Below the pieces are notes generated by a model. The model ran no database searches. It was not told the DNA's origin and was given only the letters and a program-made list of their open reading frames with translations. From contig OZ252251.1 of NCBI GenBank assembly GCA_965249725.1, positions 448,001 through 512,000 of the forward strand: a stretch of DNA of 64,000 nucleotides. The letters run 5' to 3'. Source of the stretch: Longimicrobiales bacterium. Its GTDB lineage: Bacteria; Gemmatimonadota; Gemmatimonadetes; Longimicrobiales; Gaopeijiaceae. Of this stretch, positions 10,035-19,879 are shown in pieces (positions within the stretch are counted from its first letter, which is position 1; every line of letters begins with the position of its first letter). A program made the position numbers and the translations under genes.

Positions 10035-12653
10035 TCATCGGACCAGCAGCCAGTAGTTGACCTTGAGCGCGAAGACGTTCCGTCCTGGCCCGGTGAACGA
10101 ATCCCGCAGCTCGACGGGTCGGACGAGCCGGCCGTCGCTCGTTCGCTCGGAACGGTCCTGCTGCCAGACGAGAAACAACGTGCTGCCACGCACCCACTCC
10201 CAGCGGAGCACGAGGTTGCTTCGAAAGGAATTCACGTTGAAGTCGGGGTTCGGCAGGCTGAAGCTGGACGCCCCGTCGGTTACACGCAGGGAGCCGTCCG
10301 CCCCGTGCTCGAGTGTGGTCCCCTGCGTGCCGTAGGTGCGTAGCGTCCCGGCGCCCGCCTCCGTGAGTTCGCCCACGTCGTAGTACCTGCCACTGGCGGC
10401 GAACGGCTCGGCGTAGAACTCCAACGTGAGATCGGGGCTGAACGAGTAGTCGAGACGGATCTGCGCCGAGAGCGTCGAACGCTCGATGAACGCGAAGACG
10501 TACCGCTGTCCGAACGTGGCCTCGTGTCCATCGGCGAGCGTCCTCAGGTACTGGCGAGGGTTGACCTCGCGGCGGTATCCCGGGTCCAGGGAGAGGGACC
10601 AGCGTCCGTTGGGGCGCATCCAGAAGCCGGCGCTGGGCGCGACGACCCAACCGCCCAGTTCGTCGTTCTGGTACTGCAGCCGCGTTCTCCAGCCCGAGGT
10701 CTGGCGCCGATCGCTTTGCACGTGGGCGTTGAGAAGCCAGTGCTGAGGCCGCTCCATGAGGGGGCCGCCCCGCGTGAGCTTGTCGTCGAGGGCTCGTGTG
10801 TCGAATTGGAGGTTCATGCCGGTGGAGAGGTAGTTCAGCCACGTCAAGTTCGCGCTGACCCCGAACGTGGTCGCCTGCCGAGTGCCGCCGTAGTTCCAGC
10901 CAGCCTTCCCATTCGTACCGATGGTGTAGTTGTAGAGCCGAGAGCCCGGCTGGTTTTCGCGGTAGAGTAGGCCCCAGTTCACGTCGATGTCGTCGCCCGC
11001 GAAGAGCCGTCCAGCTTCATTCTGTTCGAACCCGGCCGACTCGAGTTCGCCCCACAGGTTCCAAAGCCAGTGACGCCCGCCGATCTTCTCGACGCGCCAG
11101 AGCAGGTTGTAGCCGGACATCGACTCGGCTGTGGGATCCAGCTCGACGTGATCGGCATCGGGGCGGCCGAAATAGTGGGCGCTCCGATTCTGGAGCGCGG
11201 TCATGAAGGCGGGGTCGCCCCTCACGTGGCTGAATCCGACGTTGCCGCTCACTCCGTACTGGCCGCCCTTGAAGCGAAGTCCCCAGTCGACTCCACCCGT
11301 GTAGGCTTCTCTCGCGGCCTCGCCGGCCATGGGGTCGCCCGGAGCCACGTCTCGTCGCACGCCGGTCAGGGTGAAGCCGACCGTCGACTGGTCGGGCCCG
11401 AACTGCTTGAGCGCGCGCACCACCCCGTAACCGCCCAGGGGCTCCACCTCGAAGTCGTCGAAGGTCCCGGTGTCGACGTCGAAGGTCCGAGCATGTTCGC
11501 GTCCGGTGAGGGCCGCGAGGGCACCGATCGACAGGTCCCTCGTCAATCGACCCGAGAGCTTTGCAGCGCCCAGGATCGTGGTGTTGTCGGGCCGATCCAC
11601 GAAGTCGCCGGGTGCGAATCCACGGGGTGAGGCTCCGATACGGCGCGAGTAGAAGTGCTGACTACGTAGGAGGTCGGCGCCCTCGAGAAAGAAGGGGCGG
11701 CGCTCGGAGAAGAACGTCTCGAAGTCCGTCAGGTTGACCTCGGCCGGGTCCGCCTCCACCTGACCGAAGTCGGGATTGAACGTGGCGTCGAGGGTCAGGT
11801 TGGGTCCGAGGCCGATCTTGACGTCGGCTCCGACGCGACCGACCACTTCGCTTCCATCGTTGAACGGGTCCGATGCGTCAGGGTCGTTGTCACGTGTGGC
11901 CTCGGAGGCCATGTAGGGAAGAAGCTCGACACCGCGCGACGGACTCACACCCTCGATGCCGACGAGGTTGCCGAAGCGCGACGCCCATCCCTGTTCGTTC
12001 TTGGGGATCAGCACCCAGTAGATGTCTTCGTTCCGCTGCGGAATCCAGCGGTTGATGTTGAGGCCCCAAGTCAGGACGTCGCGGTCGTTGAAGCGAAGCT
12101 GCGAGAAGGGAATCCTCATCTCCGCTGTCCACCCGGCCTCGTCGACGGTCGTCGAGGTCTCCCAAACCGGGTCGTAGGCGAAGTCCCTGAAGTGCTCGTT
12201 GTCTCCGGGGTAGTAGTAGTCGATGCGCCCGCCCGCCACGGTCGTCGCGAACGCATAGCCCGTGCGGCGGTCGAGGAAGGTGTCCAGCGAAACGACCACG
12301 ACCTCGGACTGGGCGAACGCGTCGCGCCGGGTCACGAAGGGCCGGGCGTCCCAGGGGTTCGCGTTGTGCATACGAGCGCCGATGTACAGCGCGTCGGCGG
12401 TGTAGACGAACGCGAAGTCGGTGCCGGCCTGGGGAGCGGCTCCCTCGACGGGTTCCTTGGCGGTGAAGTCCGAGAAGAACTCTGCGTCCTGCCAGGCGGC
12501 CTCGTCTAGGCGACCGTCCAGAGTCGGCGCGTTCTCCTCCGCGATACGGATGGCAACAGAGACCGCTCGGTCCTCGTCTGCCGTCGTCTGGGCGTGACCT
12601 TGGGAGGGCGCTAGGAATACAGCGGCGGCGATGAGGATGTGGATTCCCCTCAT
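10035..12653 (-). CDS. DUF5916 / CBM9-like outer-membrane protein
   Basis: Signal peptide; PTLDGRLDEAAW, GWTAEMRIPFSQLRF, NPDFGQVEAD, ERRPFFLEG, FYSRRIG; terminal KVNYW strand. Confidence 0.85.
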   Translation of the reverse strand: MRGIHILIAAAVFLAPSQGHAQTTADEDRAVSVAIRIAEENAPTLDGRLDEAAWQDAEFFSDFTAKEPVEGAAPQAGTDFAFVYTADALYIGARMHNANPWDARPFVTRRDAFAQSEVVVVSLDTFLDRRTGYAFATTVAGGRIDYYYPGDNEHFRDFAYDPVWETSTTVDEAGWTAEMRIPFSQLRFNDRDVLTWGLNINRWIPQRNEDIYWVLIPKNEQGWASRFGNLVGIEGVSPSRGVELLPYMASEATRDNDPDASDPFNDGSEVVGRVGADVKIGLGPNLTLDATFNPDFGQVEADPAEVNLTDFETFFSERRPFFLEGADLLRSQHFYSRRIGASPRGFAPGDFVDRPDNTTILGAAKLSGRLTRDLSIGALAALTGREHARTFDVDTGTFDDFEVEPLGGYGVVRALKQFGPDQSTVGFTLTGVRRDVAPGDPMAGEAAREAYTGGVDWGLRFKGGQYGVSGNVGFSHVRGDPAFMTALQNRSAHYFGRPDADHVELDPTAESMSGYNLLWRVEKIGGRHWLWNLWGELESAGFEQNEAGRLFAGDDIDVNWGLLYRENQPGSRLYNYTIGTNGKAGWNYGGTRQATTFGVSANLTWLNYLSTGMNLQFDTRALDDKLTRGGPLMERPQHWLLNAHVQSDRRQTSGWRTRLQYQNDELGGWVVAPSAGFWMRPNGRWSLSLDPGYRREVNPRQYLRTLADGHEATFGQRYVFAFIERSTLSAQIRLDYSFSPDLTLEFYAEPFAASGRYYDVGELTEAGAGTLRTYGTQGTTLEHGADGSLRVTDGASSFSLPNPDFNVNSFRSNLVLRWEWVRGSTLFLVWQQDRSERTSDGRLVRPVELRDSFTGPGRNVFALKVNYWLLVR

Positions 12654-14347
12654 CGCGTCACAGCAACCTGATGCGATTCACGCCGCAGGAGCCTGCCGGG
12701 GCTCACGTCGACCATGCCCCCGTCGTCGATCACGGGCACTCCGTTCACGAACACGTAGTCCATCCCTTCCGCATACTGCATCGGATCTCCAAAGTCGGCT
12801 CGGTCGACCACGTTGTCGGGGTCGAAGATCAACAGGTCGGCGGCCATACCGGGGGCGATGAGGCCTCGGTCGTGCAGTCCGAGGCGTCGCGCGGCCAGTG
12901 AGGTCATACGCCGCACGGCATCCTCCAGGGTGATGACTCGATCCTCACGCACGTACTTGGCGATCACCCTCGGGAACGCTCCGAACGCACGCGGATGCGA
13001 ACTCGCGCTCGTGGCCGGGTTCACGGGCGAAGCGTCCGTGTCGATCATCACCCATTCGGCCCGGAGCGCTTGCCACTTCTGCTCCTCGTTCATGCTCTTG
13101 GGGTTCACGCTGACTCCGCCCGCCTTCACCAGGTCGAAGAAGGCGTTCCACTCGTCCGTGCCGAGAACCAGTGCCGCTCCCGATACGGACCGGCCGATGA
13201 CCCGCTGGTCGATCGACGAAGGCGCCGACACGATCAGGACGTTGTCCCACTCCATCCCCACGTGCCGGTACCAGTTCTCCCAGTCGGCCGTGGACTCCAC
13301 CTCGCTGCGAAGGGCCCGCCTCAGCGCGGGATCGTCGAGCGTCGCCAGGAAGGCTCCGGTGCCTTCCGCGTAGTGCCGCGGGTGCAAGAAGGAGCCAAGC
13401 CCGATGCCGTTCCGGATGTACGGGTAGATGTCGGCGGTCACGTCCATCCCTGATGTGCGCGCCGAGTCGATCAGCGCGATGGCCTGAGCCATGAGTGGCC
13501 AGTTGTCCTGACCGGCCGCCTTGAGATGATAGATGTGGACCGGCACGTCGGCGCCCGTCCCGATCTCGAGAGCCTCGCGGATGGCCTCGAGAACCGCGTG
13601 GCTCTCGTTGCGCATGTGCGTGAAGTAGACGCCCCCGTACTCCCCTGCCACGCGGGCCAGCTCGATCAGCTCGTCCGTCTTCGCGTATATCGCCGGAGGG
13701 TAGATCAAAGACGTGGAGACCCCCACGGCGCCGTCCTCCATGGCCTGCCGCACAAGGGCCTTCATCTCCTCGATCTCCGCGAGATCGGGCTGCACGTCTC
13801 CGTCGCCGAGTACCACCCGGCGCACCTGCGTAAGCCCCACGTCGTGCACCACGTTGATGGGAATGCCGAAGCGCTCGATGATCGCGAAGTACTCCGCGTA
13901 CGTTTGCCAGCGGAGCGTCTCGCCGTTCACCACGGGCGGGTTGGAGAGTGTGGCCTCGCTCTGCGGTGCGGGGGAGCCGCCTTCGCCCGAGAGATAGGTC
14001 GTGATCCCCTGGCGCAGCTTGCTTTCCGCACTGGGGGGGTTGGTCACGAGCACCTGGCTCGCCTGACCCATCACGTCGATGAAGCCCGGGCTCACCACGC
14101 GGTCTGCTGCGTCGATGGTGCGCGTTGCCTCCCGGCCGTCGAGGTGGCCCACGTCCGCGATTCGATCCCCCCGAATGCCCACGTCGCCCCGGAACCACGG
14201 GTTGCCTCCGCCGTCGACGATGCGGGCGTCCAGGATCAGGATGTCGAGGGGCTCAGCCGCGCTCGATCGCGGGTCGGCGACCTCCTCTGCGCACGTAGAG
14301 AGTGCCAATACGAGAAGGACGGCGGCGAGGATTAGACTGAGACGCAT
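12650..14347 (-). CDS. N-acyl-D-amino-acid deacylase (D-aminoacylase family amidohydrolase), exported
   Basis: DVGIRGDRI, VSPGFID, THMRNE, HPRAFGAFPRV, RGLIAPGMAADLLIFD; N-terminal signal/lipobox-like LSTC. Confidence 0.85.
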   Translation of the reverse strand: MRLSLILAAVLLVLALSTCAEEVADPRSSAAEPLDILILDARIVDGGGNPWFRGDVGIRGDRIADVGHLDGREATRTIDAADRVVSPGFIDVMGQASQVLVTNPPSAESKLRQGITTYLSGEGGSPAPQSEATLSNPPVVNGETLRWQTYAEYFAIIERFGIPINVVHDVGLTQVRRVVLGDGDVQPDLAEIEEMKALVRQAMEDGAVGVSTSLIYPPAIYAKTDELIELARVAGEYGGVYFTHMRNESHAVLEAIREALEIGTGADVPVHIYHLKAAGQDNWPLMAQAIALIDSARTSGMDVTADIYPYIRNGIGLGSFLHPRHYAEGTGAFLATLDDPALRRALRSEVESTADWENWYRHVGMEWDNVLIVSAPSSIDQRVIGRSVSGAALVLGTDEWNAFFDLVKAGGVSVNPKSMNEEQKWQALRAEWVMIDTDASPVNPATSASSHPRAFGAFPRVIAKYVREDRVITLEDAVRRMTSLAARRLGLHDRGLIAPGMAADLLIFDPDNVVDRADFGDPMQYAEGMDYVFVNGVPVIDDGGMVDVSPGRLLRRESHQVAVTR

Positions 14348-14371
14348 GGTTCCCCCGGGCAAAGGACAGAC

Positions 14372-14953
14372 CTAGCCGGTCACCTGCTTCCGCTCACGGA
14401 TGAACCGCCTGAACCGGAAGGCGTTCTCCGGCAGCTCGAGGTCCATCCCGTAGTTGTCGGGGCCGACGGCCAGGACCTTGGCCACGATCACGCTCAGGTC
14501 CTCCCGCTCGAACGATTCGAGGACGGCCTCGCCGAACTGCAGGGGCGTCTCGGCGGTGGCGACGTGCTCCACGCCCGCCCCCTTGGCGATTTGAGCCAGG
14601 TCGGTGACGCCAGCGGTCGTCTGGGAGTCGAAGCCGCCGGTCGAGAGTAGGCTTCCGTTGTCGAAGATGATGTGAATCAGGTTCGCCGGGCGGTAGCGGG
14701 CCAGAGTCGTCAGCGTGCCCAGGTTCATCAGCACCGAGCCGTCACCGTCGAGCACCACCACACGCTCCTGCGGTAGATGCATCGCGAGCCCCAGGCCGAT
14801 CGAGGACGCCAGTCCCATGGCGTGTTGTAGATAGAAGAAGTTCTCCCGGTGGCCCAGGTTGTAAAGCTCCTGCGCGCAGGCACCCATGATCGTGACGACC
14901 AGCTTGTCTTCGAGCTCCGGATAAATGACTTCGAGACACTGTGCGCGTTCCAT
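14372..14953 (-). CDS. comE: Sulfopyruvate/phosphonopyruvate decarboxylase beta subunit (TPP-binding)
   Basis: AMGLASSIGLG and TPP motif DGDGSVLMN...DN. Confidence 0.78.
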   Translation of the reverse strand: MERAQCLEVIYPELEDKLVVTIMGACAQELYNLGHRENFFYLQHAMGLASSIGLGLAMHLPQERVVVLDGDGSVLMNLGTLTTLARYRPANLIHIIFDNGSLLSTGGFDSQTTAGVTDLAQIAKGAGVEHVATAETPLQFGEAVLESFEREDLSVIVAKVLAVGPDNYGMDLELPENAFRFRRFIRERKQVTG

Positions 14954-14954
14954 G

Positions 14955-15467
14955 TCAGTCCTCCATCAGGTCGCGCGTGAGGAGCAGTGCGACCGGTGAC
15001 AGGGAACTCTGCGAGAACGTGTAGGCCTCTTGGATCTGTTGGCCCACCTTGTCCGGATCTCGGGCATATTCGAATGGAATGCTCAGCGCTCGCAGCACCT
15101 CTTCCGTGACGATTCCACCTCTAGTGTGCCACGGGTAGGGCTCCCCCCAGTGACCCCGCAGCGCGATGAGCATGCACAGGGGGATGCCGTAGAGCTGGGC
15201 CAGAGACACAACACCATTGATCGCCGCCAGGAAGCCGTGGTTCTGCATGAGCAAGATGTGGGGGTCTCCGGCGAAGTAGGCGCCGGCGGCGATGCCGATG
15301 GCCTCCTCTTCCTTCGCCACCTGGATCAGCTCGACGTCGGGGTCGTCTTCGGCGCGCTGCAGCAGGAGGCCCAACCAGGTCTCGGGTAGCGCCGACACCG
15401 ACTTGATCCCGGCATTCTTGATGCCCTCGAAGACGATCTTGGAATTTTCGTACGAGACGGGCATCAT
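14955..15467 (-). CDS. comD: Sulfopyruvate/phosphonopyruvate decarboxylase alpha subunit
   Basis: KEEEAIGIAAGAY, LMQNHG and PLCMLIALRG motifs; adjacent to beta subunit. Confidence 0.78.
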   Translation of the reverse strand: MMPVSYENSKIVFEGIKNAGIKSVSALPETWLGLLLQRAEDDPDVELIQVAKEEEAIGIAAGAYFAGDPHILLMQNHGFLAAINGVVSLAQLYGIPLCMLIALRGHWGEPYPWHTRGGIVTEEVLRALSIPFEYARDPDKVGQQIQEAYTFSQSSLSPVALLLTRDLMED

Positions 15468-15568
15468 GCCTCCGTCGGGGTCGCGCGTCGGTCGGTGTCG
15501 GAACAATCTTGGCGGGCCGTGGTCCGAGGACCAGGGGGAGTGATCTTTCAAGCCGAGGACAGAACAAC

Positions 15569-16507
15569 ATGAAGATGTCACGTCGCGAGATGCTGAAGGT
15601 GGGTGCCGGGACCGGCGCTGCTCTGCTTCTCGGCGATCTCGATGCGCTGGCCCGGTCCCTAGCCCAGTCCCCTCAGCTGATGCGGCGCACGATTCCCTCC
15701 TCGGGTGAGACGATCCCGGCCGTGGGACTCGGCAGCGCCGGCACGTTCAGCAGGAGAGCGGGCGACGCGGAACGCGCGGACATGAAGGAGGTGCTCCGGC
15801 TCTTCCGAGAGATGGGCGGCACCGTATTCGATACGGCCCCCACCTATGGCCTCTCGGAGAGCGTGGCGGGCACACTGGCCCAGGAACTGGGGATCGAGAA
15901 CGACCTCTTCTTCGCCACCAAGATCTCGACGGGCGGTGGACGCGAGGCCGGCGTGCGGCAGCAGGAGCAGTCCATGAGGTATTGGGGCCGCGACACCATC
16001 GACCTCAACCAGGTCCACAACCTGCGTGGCGTCGAGACGCATCTGCCCACGATTCGTGAGGCGAAGGAAGAGGGCCGGACGCGATATGTGGGCATCACCA
16101 TCTCCCGACTCCGTCAGTTCGGGGACATGGAGGAGGTGATGCGGAGGGAGGCCCTCGACTTCATCCAGATCAATTACTCCCTCGGGGAGAGGGAGGCCGC
16201 CGACCGGATCCTGCCGTTGGCGCAGGACCGAGGCTTCGGCGTGGTCGTCAACGAGCCCTACAACCGTGGCAGCCTCTTCCGGACCGTGCGGGGGAGGGAG
16301 CTGCCCGAATGGGCATCTGAGTTCGACTGCGAGAGCTGGGGACAGTTCTTCTTGAAGTACATCCTGTCGCACCCGGCGATTACGGTCGTGATACCGGGCA
16401 CGGGTGACCCGGGACACTTGGTGGACAACATGGGGGCCGGGTTAGGGCGGCTACCCGACGAGGCGACCCGCCGGCGCATGGAGGCGTTCTTCGACGGGGT
16501 GAGCTGA
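15569..16507 (+). CDS. Aldo/keto reductase with twin-arginine signal
   Basis: SRREMLK Tat motif; DTAPTYG, ATK, DLNQVHNL, VIPGT motifs. Confidence 0.88.
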   Translation: MKMSRREMLKVGAGTGAALLLGDLDALARSLAQSPQLMRRTIPSSGETIPAVGLGSAGTFSRRAGDAERADMKEVLRLFREMGGTVFDTAPTYGLSESVAGTLAQELGIENDLFFATKISTGGGREAGVRQQEQSMRYWGRDTIDLNQVHNLRGVETHLPTIREAKEEGRTRYVGITISRLRQFGDMEEVMRREALDFIQINYSLGEREAADRILPLAQDRGFGVVVNEPYNRGSLFRTVRGRELPEWASEFDCESWGQFFLKYILSHPAITVVIPGTGDPGHLVDNMGAGLGRLPDEATRRRMEAFFDGVS

Positions 16508-16550
16508 ACTCCTCGCTGAGTTCCTCGCTGAGTGCCTCGCTGAGCTCCTC
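16503..16550 (+). repeat. 12-bp tandem repeat x4 spanning the AKR stop codon
   Basis: GCTGAACTCCTC GCTGAGTTCCTC GCTGAGTGCCTC GCTGAGCTCCTC. Confidence 0.9.
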
Positions 16551-16599
16551 ACGAGTCTCCTGAGCATAGAGTCATCCCAACACAGCTGGAGCCGAACAC

Positions 16600-17361
16600 A
16601 TGATCCGCGTCGCCATCTCTGGAATCCCCGGTCGCCTCGCGACCGCGACCGCGGCAGCAATAGCCGCCGCTGACGATCTCGACCTCGTTGCGCTCTACAA
16701 CCCGAATCGCGGCGGTGAGGCGTTCAACGGAATCCCGATCTCTACGAATCACGATGAGATCGACTGTGACGTCGTATTCGAATCGACAGAACCGACTGTT
16801 GTGATGAGCAACCTCCGGGCATGGCGCGAGGCGGGACTTCACGCTGTCGTCGGCACGTCCGGCTTTACGCGGGAGCGCCTCGACGAAGTCCGTTCGTTTT
16901 GGGGTGAGGATGGCCCCGGGTGCCTGATTGGGCCCAATTTCTCGATCGGAGCCGTGCTGATGATGCGGTTCGCCGAACTGGCCGCGCCCCACTTCTCGGG
17001 CATCGAGGTGGTGGAACGACACCACCACGACAAGCCCGATGCCCCCTCCGGGACCGCCATCGCGACCGCAGCCAGGATCGCTGCGGCTGGCGGTTCGTCC
17101 CATGAAGAGTCGTCAGAACTCGTGGCCGGCTCACGTGGAGCGACGGTGGAGGGCGTTCGTGTCCATTCACTTCGGCTCGAGGCGACCCTCTCGAACCAAG
17201 AGGTGGCAATGAGCAAGAGTGGCGAACTGCTGTCGATTCACCATGTCGGCACCGAGTACGCTTCGTTCGCTGACGGTGCTCTTCTTGCCATCCGGCATGT
17301 CGCGGACACCAAAGGTGTGACGGTGGGTCTCGACGCCGCCATCGAGTCCGCGGCGCCGTAG
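16600..17361 (+). CDS. dapB: 4-hydroxy-tetrahydrodipicolinate reductase
   Basis: VVGTSG, PNFSIG and ERHHHDKPDAPSGTA signature. Confidence 0.92.
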   Translation: MIRVAISGIPGRLATATAAAIAAADDLDLVALYNPNRGGEAFNGIPISTNHDEIDCDVVFESTEPTVVMSNLRAWREAGLHAVVGTSGFTRERLDEVRSFWGEDGPGCLIGPNFSIGAVLMMRFAELAAPHFSGIEVVERHHHDKPDAPSGTAIATAARIAAAGGSSHEESSELVAGSRGATVEGVRVHSLRLEATLSNQEVAMSKSGELLSIHHVGTEYASFADGALLAIRHVADTKGVTVGLDAAIESAAP

Positions 17362-17442
17362 CCGAGTGGGTTGCAGAGGGGAGAATCACGCGGATCAGGA
17401 ACCCGACCAACTACGCGAAACGCGTATACCCATAACGGCGGC

Positions 17443-17479
17443 GCCCGCGCCGTCCCTTGCGAGAAGGGGTGGTGCGGGC
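17443..17479 (+). other. Intergenic 16-bp stem-loop
   Basis: GCCCGCGCCGTCCCTT-GCGAG-AAGGGGTGGTGCGGGC, fully paired with three G-U pairs; no U-tract. Confidence 0.55.
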
Positions 17480-17550
17480 CCAACCTGTCCGTCCCAACGA
17501 GTTGGGTGAAGTGTTCGTGTCGGAGTCGTTTCCGCTAGCCGGTTGATCCA

Positions 17551-18432
17551 ATGGCCGCTCTCGAAAAGACCGCCGAAGCCCAGGGCCTCGGCCGCAAGCC
17601 CGTCGACGATCAGGTCGACTTCTACGGGCTGACCCACCAGGGATTGGTCCGTAAGGAAAACCAGGACCACTTCCTCGTCTCATCGCTTCACAAGCGTATG
17701 GAAGTGCACCTGACCAGCCTGCCCAATGCGAGCCGGCTGTATGTGCAGGCCGAACGTCTCGCGTTTCTGGCCATGGTCGCCGACGGGGTCGGTGGGGGAC
17801 CTGGCGGTGAGGCCGCGAGCCGGAGGGCGCTGGAGGCCGTGAGCCAATACGCGGCCCAGAGCATGGACTGCTACTACACGGCCGACCCCACGGACGATCA
17901 GGCGTTCACCCAGGCTCTGGCCGACGCGGCGCTGCACTGCCACGCCGACGTGCGTGAACGCTCGGACGCCGAGCCGGGCGAGGGAATGGCGACGACGCTC
18001 ACGCTCATGCTCTTCGTGTGGCCCCGTGCCTACCTGCTTCAGGTGGGGGACAGCCGCTACTACCTACTCCGCGACGACGAGCTGACTCAGATCTCCCGAG
18101 ATCAGACGCTGGCCCAAGTGCTCGTGGACGACGGCGTGTTCTCGAGAAGTGAGGCATCCAAGTCTCCGCTCGCGCACGTCCTGTCGAGCGCCATTGGCGG
18201 TTCCGAGACCTCACCCGTAGTGACCGGCATCGATCAGGGTTGGGGTCACGTCCATATGCTTTGCAGCGATGGTCTGACCAAGCACGTTTCGGACGAGCGG
18301 ATTGCGGAACGGCTCCGGTCCATGACGTCGGCCCAACAGGTGTGTGAGGATCTCCTACAGGACGCGCTCGACGATGGAGGTAGTGACAACATCACGCTCA
18401 TCGTGTGCCGGGCGGTGCGCGACGGCGGGTAA
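17551..18432 (+). CDS. PP2C-family Ser/Thr protein phosphatase
   Basis: GLVRKENQD, VADGVGG, VGDSRYY, LCSDGL and GGSDNIT motifs. Confidence 0.92.
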   Translation: MAALEKTAEAQGLGRKPVDDQVDFYGLTHQGLVRKENQDHFLVSSLHKRMEVHLTSLPNASRLYVQAERLAFLAMVADGVGGGPGGEAASRRALEAVSQYAAQSMDCYYTADPTDDQAFTQALADAALHCHADVRERSDAEPGEGMATTLTLMLFVWPRAYLLQVGDSRYYLLRDDELTQISRDQTLAQVLVDDGVFSRSEASKSPLAHVLSSAIGGSETSPVVTGIDQGWGHVHMLCSDGLTKHVSDERIAERLRSMTSAQQVCEDLLQDALDDGGSDNITLIVCRAVRDGG

Positions 18433-18486
18433 GGGTGGGGTCTTCAAGCTGCCACGGCCCGTAGCCGGGGCGACCGCGCTTCACGC

Positions 18487-19731
18487 TCAGCGCGACGGCG
18501 CACCGCCATCCCAGGTACCTGACGATAGCGGTCGTGGAGCGGGTACACTCTCGTTTTCGCGGTCGGGGACGTTCTTGCCCGCGTTGTTGCCCTCGTTGAT
18601 CCGCGAATCGGGTTCCACGAGGAACGAATCTGGCACGAAGGTCGCCCAGGCGAACCAAAAGGACACATAGGCCTCGGCGACCTGCCGCAGCCTCATGCCT
18701 TCCAACGGTCCCGCGATGGCGGCACCCTCGAACGACCACTCGCTGCCCGTGTCCTCGTCGAAGAAGCGCCCATCCACGAAGCGGTTCAGACGGAAGAAGC
18801 TGAGAGGTTGACCGTTCACCGTCGACTCGTAGACCACCGCGGCCTTCAGCTCCGCATCCCAAAAGAGGACGACGGGTCGACCCTCGGCCTCCCACTGGAA
18901 GATCTCTCGTGTCCCGAGGCCCTGAAGGCTCTTGAACGGAAAAGCGATTCCTCCCCCTCCCGGGTAGGGAAGACCGATCACGCGGTCCTTCGGGGGACGT
19001 CTCGCGTCGAATTCCCCTTGGGGGAAGTAGGTGAGAAAGTTGTGGACACCCGCATAGTCTCCGTATGGATACGTGGTGTAGTCGTACGACCGGCCCGTCT
19101 GACTCGAAACCACGCGGGTGTCCGGATGCAGGGCCAACCATCCCGCCCACTCGATGTCGATCGCGGGGTAGGGGGCGAGCGTCGGAGCACTGCCGGGGGT
19201 TCCACAAAGGGCTGCGGGGGCCATCTGTGGCCAAAGTGAGCCTGCCTGCCCATTCCGGTTGGTGTCGACCATGACGAGGCTGTTTTGGAGCACATTGTCG
19301 GAGACTCCGATCTCCGCCCCACCGACGGATCGCCGGTCGAAGACCATGCTGGAGCCACTCAAAGGTGAGTAGGTCACGGCCAGGGGTACGCCGGCGACCT
19401 CCAGGTTCACGATCTCGTGCCACCAGAGGATGTTGTACGGAACGGCCACGAACTCTCCGTTCGTCTCGAAGCCGATCACCCTGTCCGTAGCCTCGAGATA
19501 TTGTGCCGCGGGATCGAGGCCTCCGATCAACTGCGGATTGACGAGGGCCGCGATGTCCGCCCTCGCCTCGCCGCCGGGTACCAACATGTCGTCGAGGCAC
19601 TGCTGGCCTGCGTTACCCGCGGATTGGAACGGATCGGAGGGCCCTCCGTCGCCCGAGCATGCGGTGAGCGCGACCAGGAAGGCGACAAGCCCGACGCGGA
19701 GCGGCTTTTCGAGGATCATGTATCGCGTCAT
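18487..19731 (-). CDS. DUF3179-family lipoprotein
   Basis: Lipobox LTAC; DRVIG, HEIVN, TYSPLSGS, SLWPQ, TGSEWSFEG, FWFAWATF motifs. Confidence 0.78.
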   Translation of the reverse strand: MTRYMILEKPLRVGLVAFLVALTACSGDGGPSDPFQSAGNAGQQCLDDMLVPGGEARADIAALVNPQLIGGLDPAAQYLEATDRVIGFETNGEFVAVPYNILWWHEIVNLEVAGVPLAVTYSPLSGSSMVFDRRSVGGAEIGVSDNVLQNSLVMVDTNRNGQAGSLWPQMAPAALCGTPGSAPTLAPYPAIDIEWAGWLALHPDTRVVSSQTGRSYDYTTYPYGDYAGVHNFLTYFPQGEFDARRPPKDRVIGLPYPGGGGIAFPFKSLQGLGTREIFQWEAEGRPVVLFWDAELKAAVVYESTVNGQPLSFFRLNRFVDGRFFDEDTGSEWSFEGAAIAGPLEGMRLRQVAEAYVSFWFAWATFVPDSFLVEPDSRINEGNNAGKNVPDRENESVPAPRPLSSGTWDGGAPSR

Positions 19732-19826
19732 AAATAGGCCAATCACGAGTCGTCACCTGGGCTGTGAGGCGCGGCAACTACGAAACGCTCGGCCCTTCCC
19801 GGAAGTTCCACGCACGGGTACCGCGA

Positions 19827-19854
19827 TGGTATCGTGGTATCGTGGTATCGTGGT
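19827..19854. repeat. 8-bp tandem repeat (TGGTATCG x3.5), intergenic
   Basis: Read directly; lies upstream of the DUF3179 gene. Confidence 0.85.
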
Positions 19855-19879
19855 GGCGGCTCCGAGCGGCCCGGACCCC

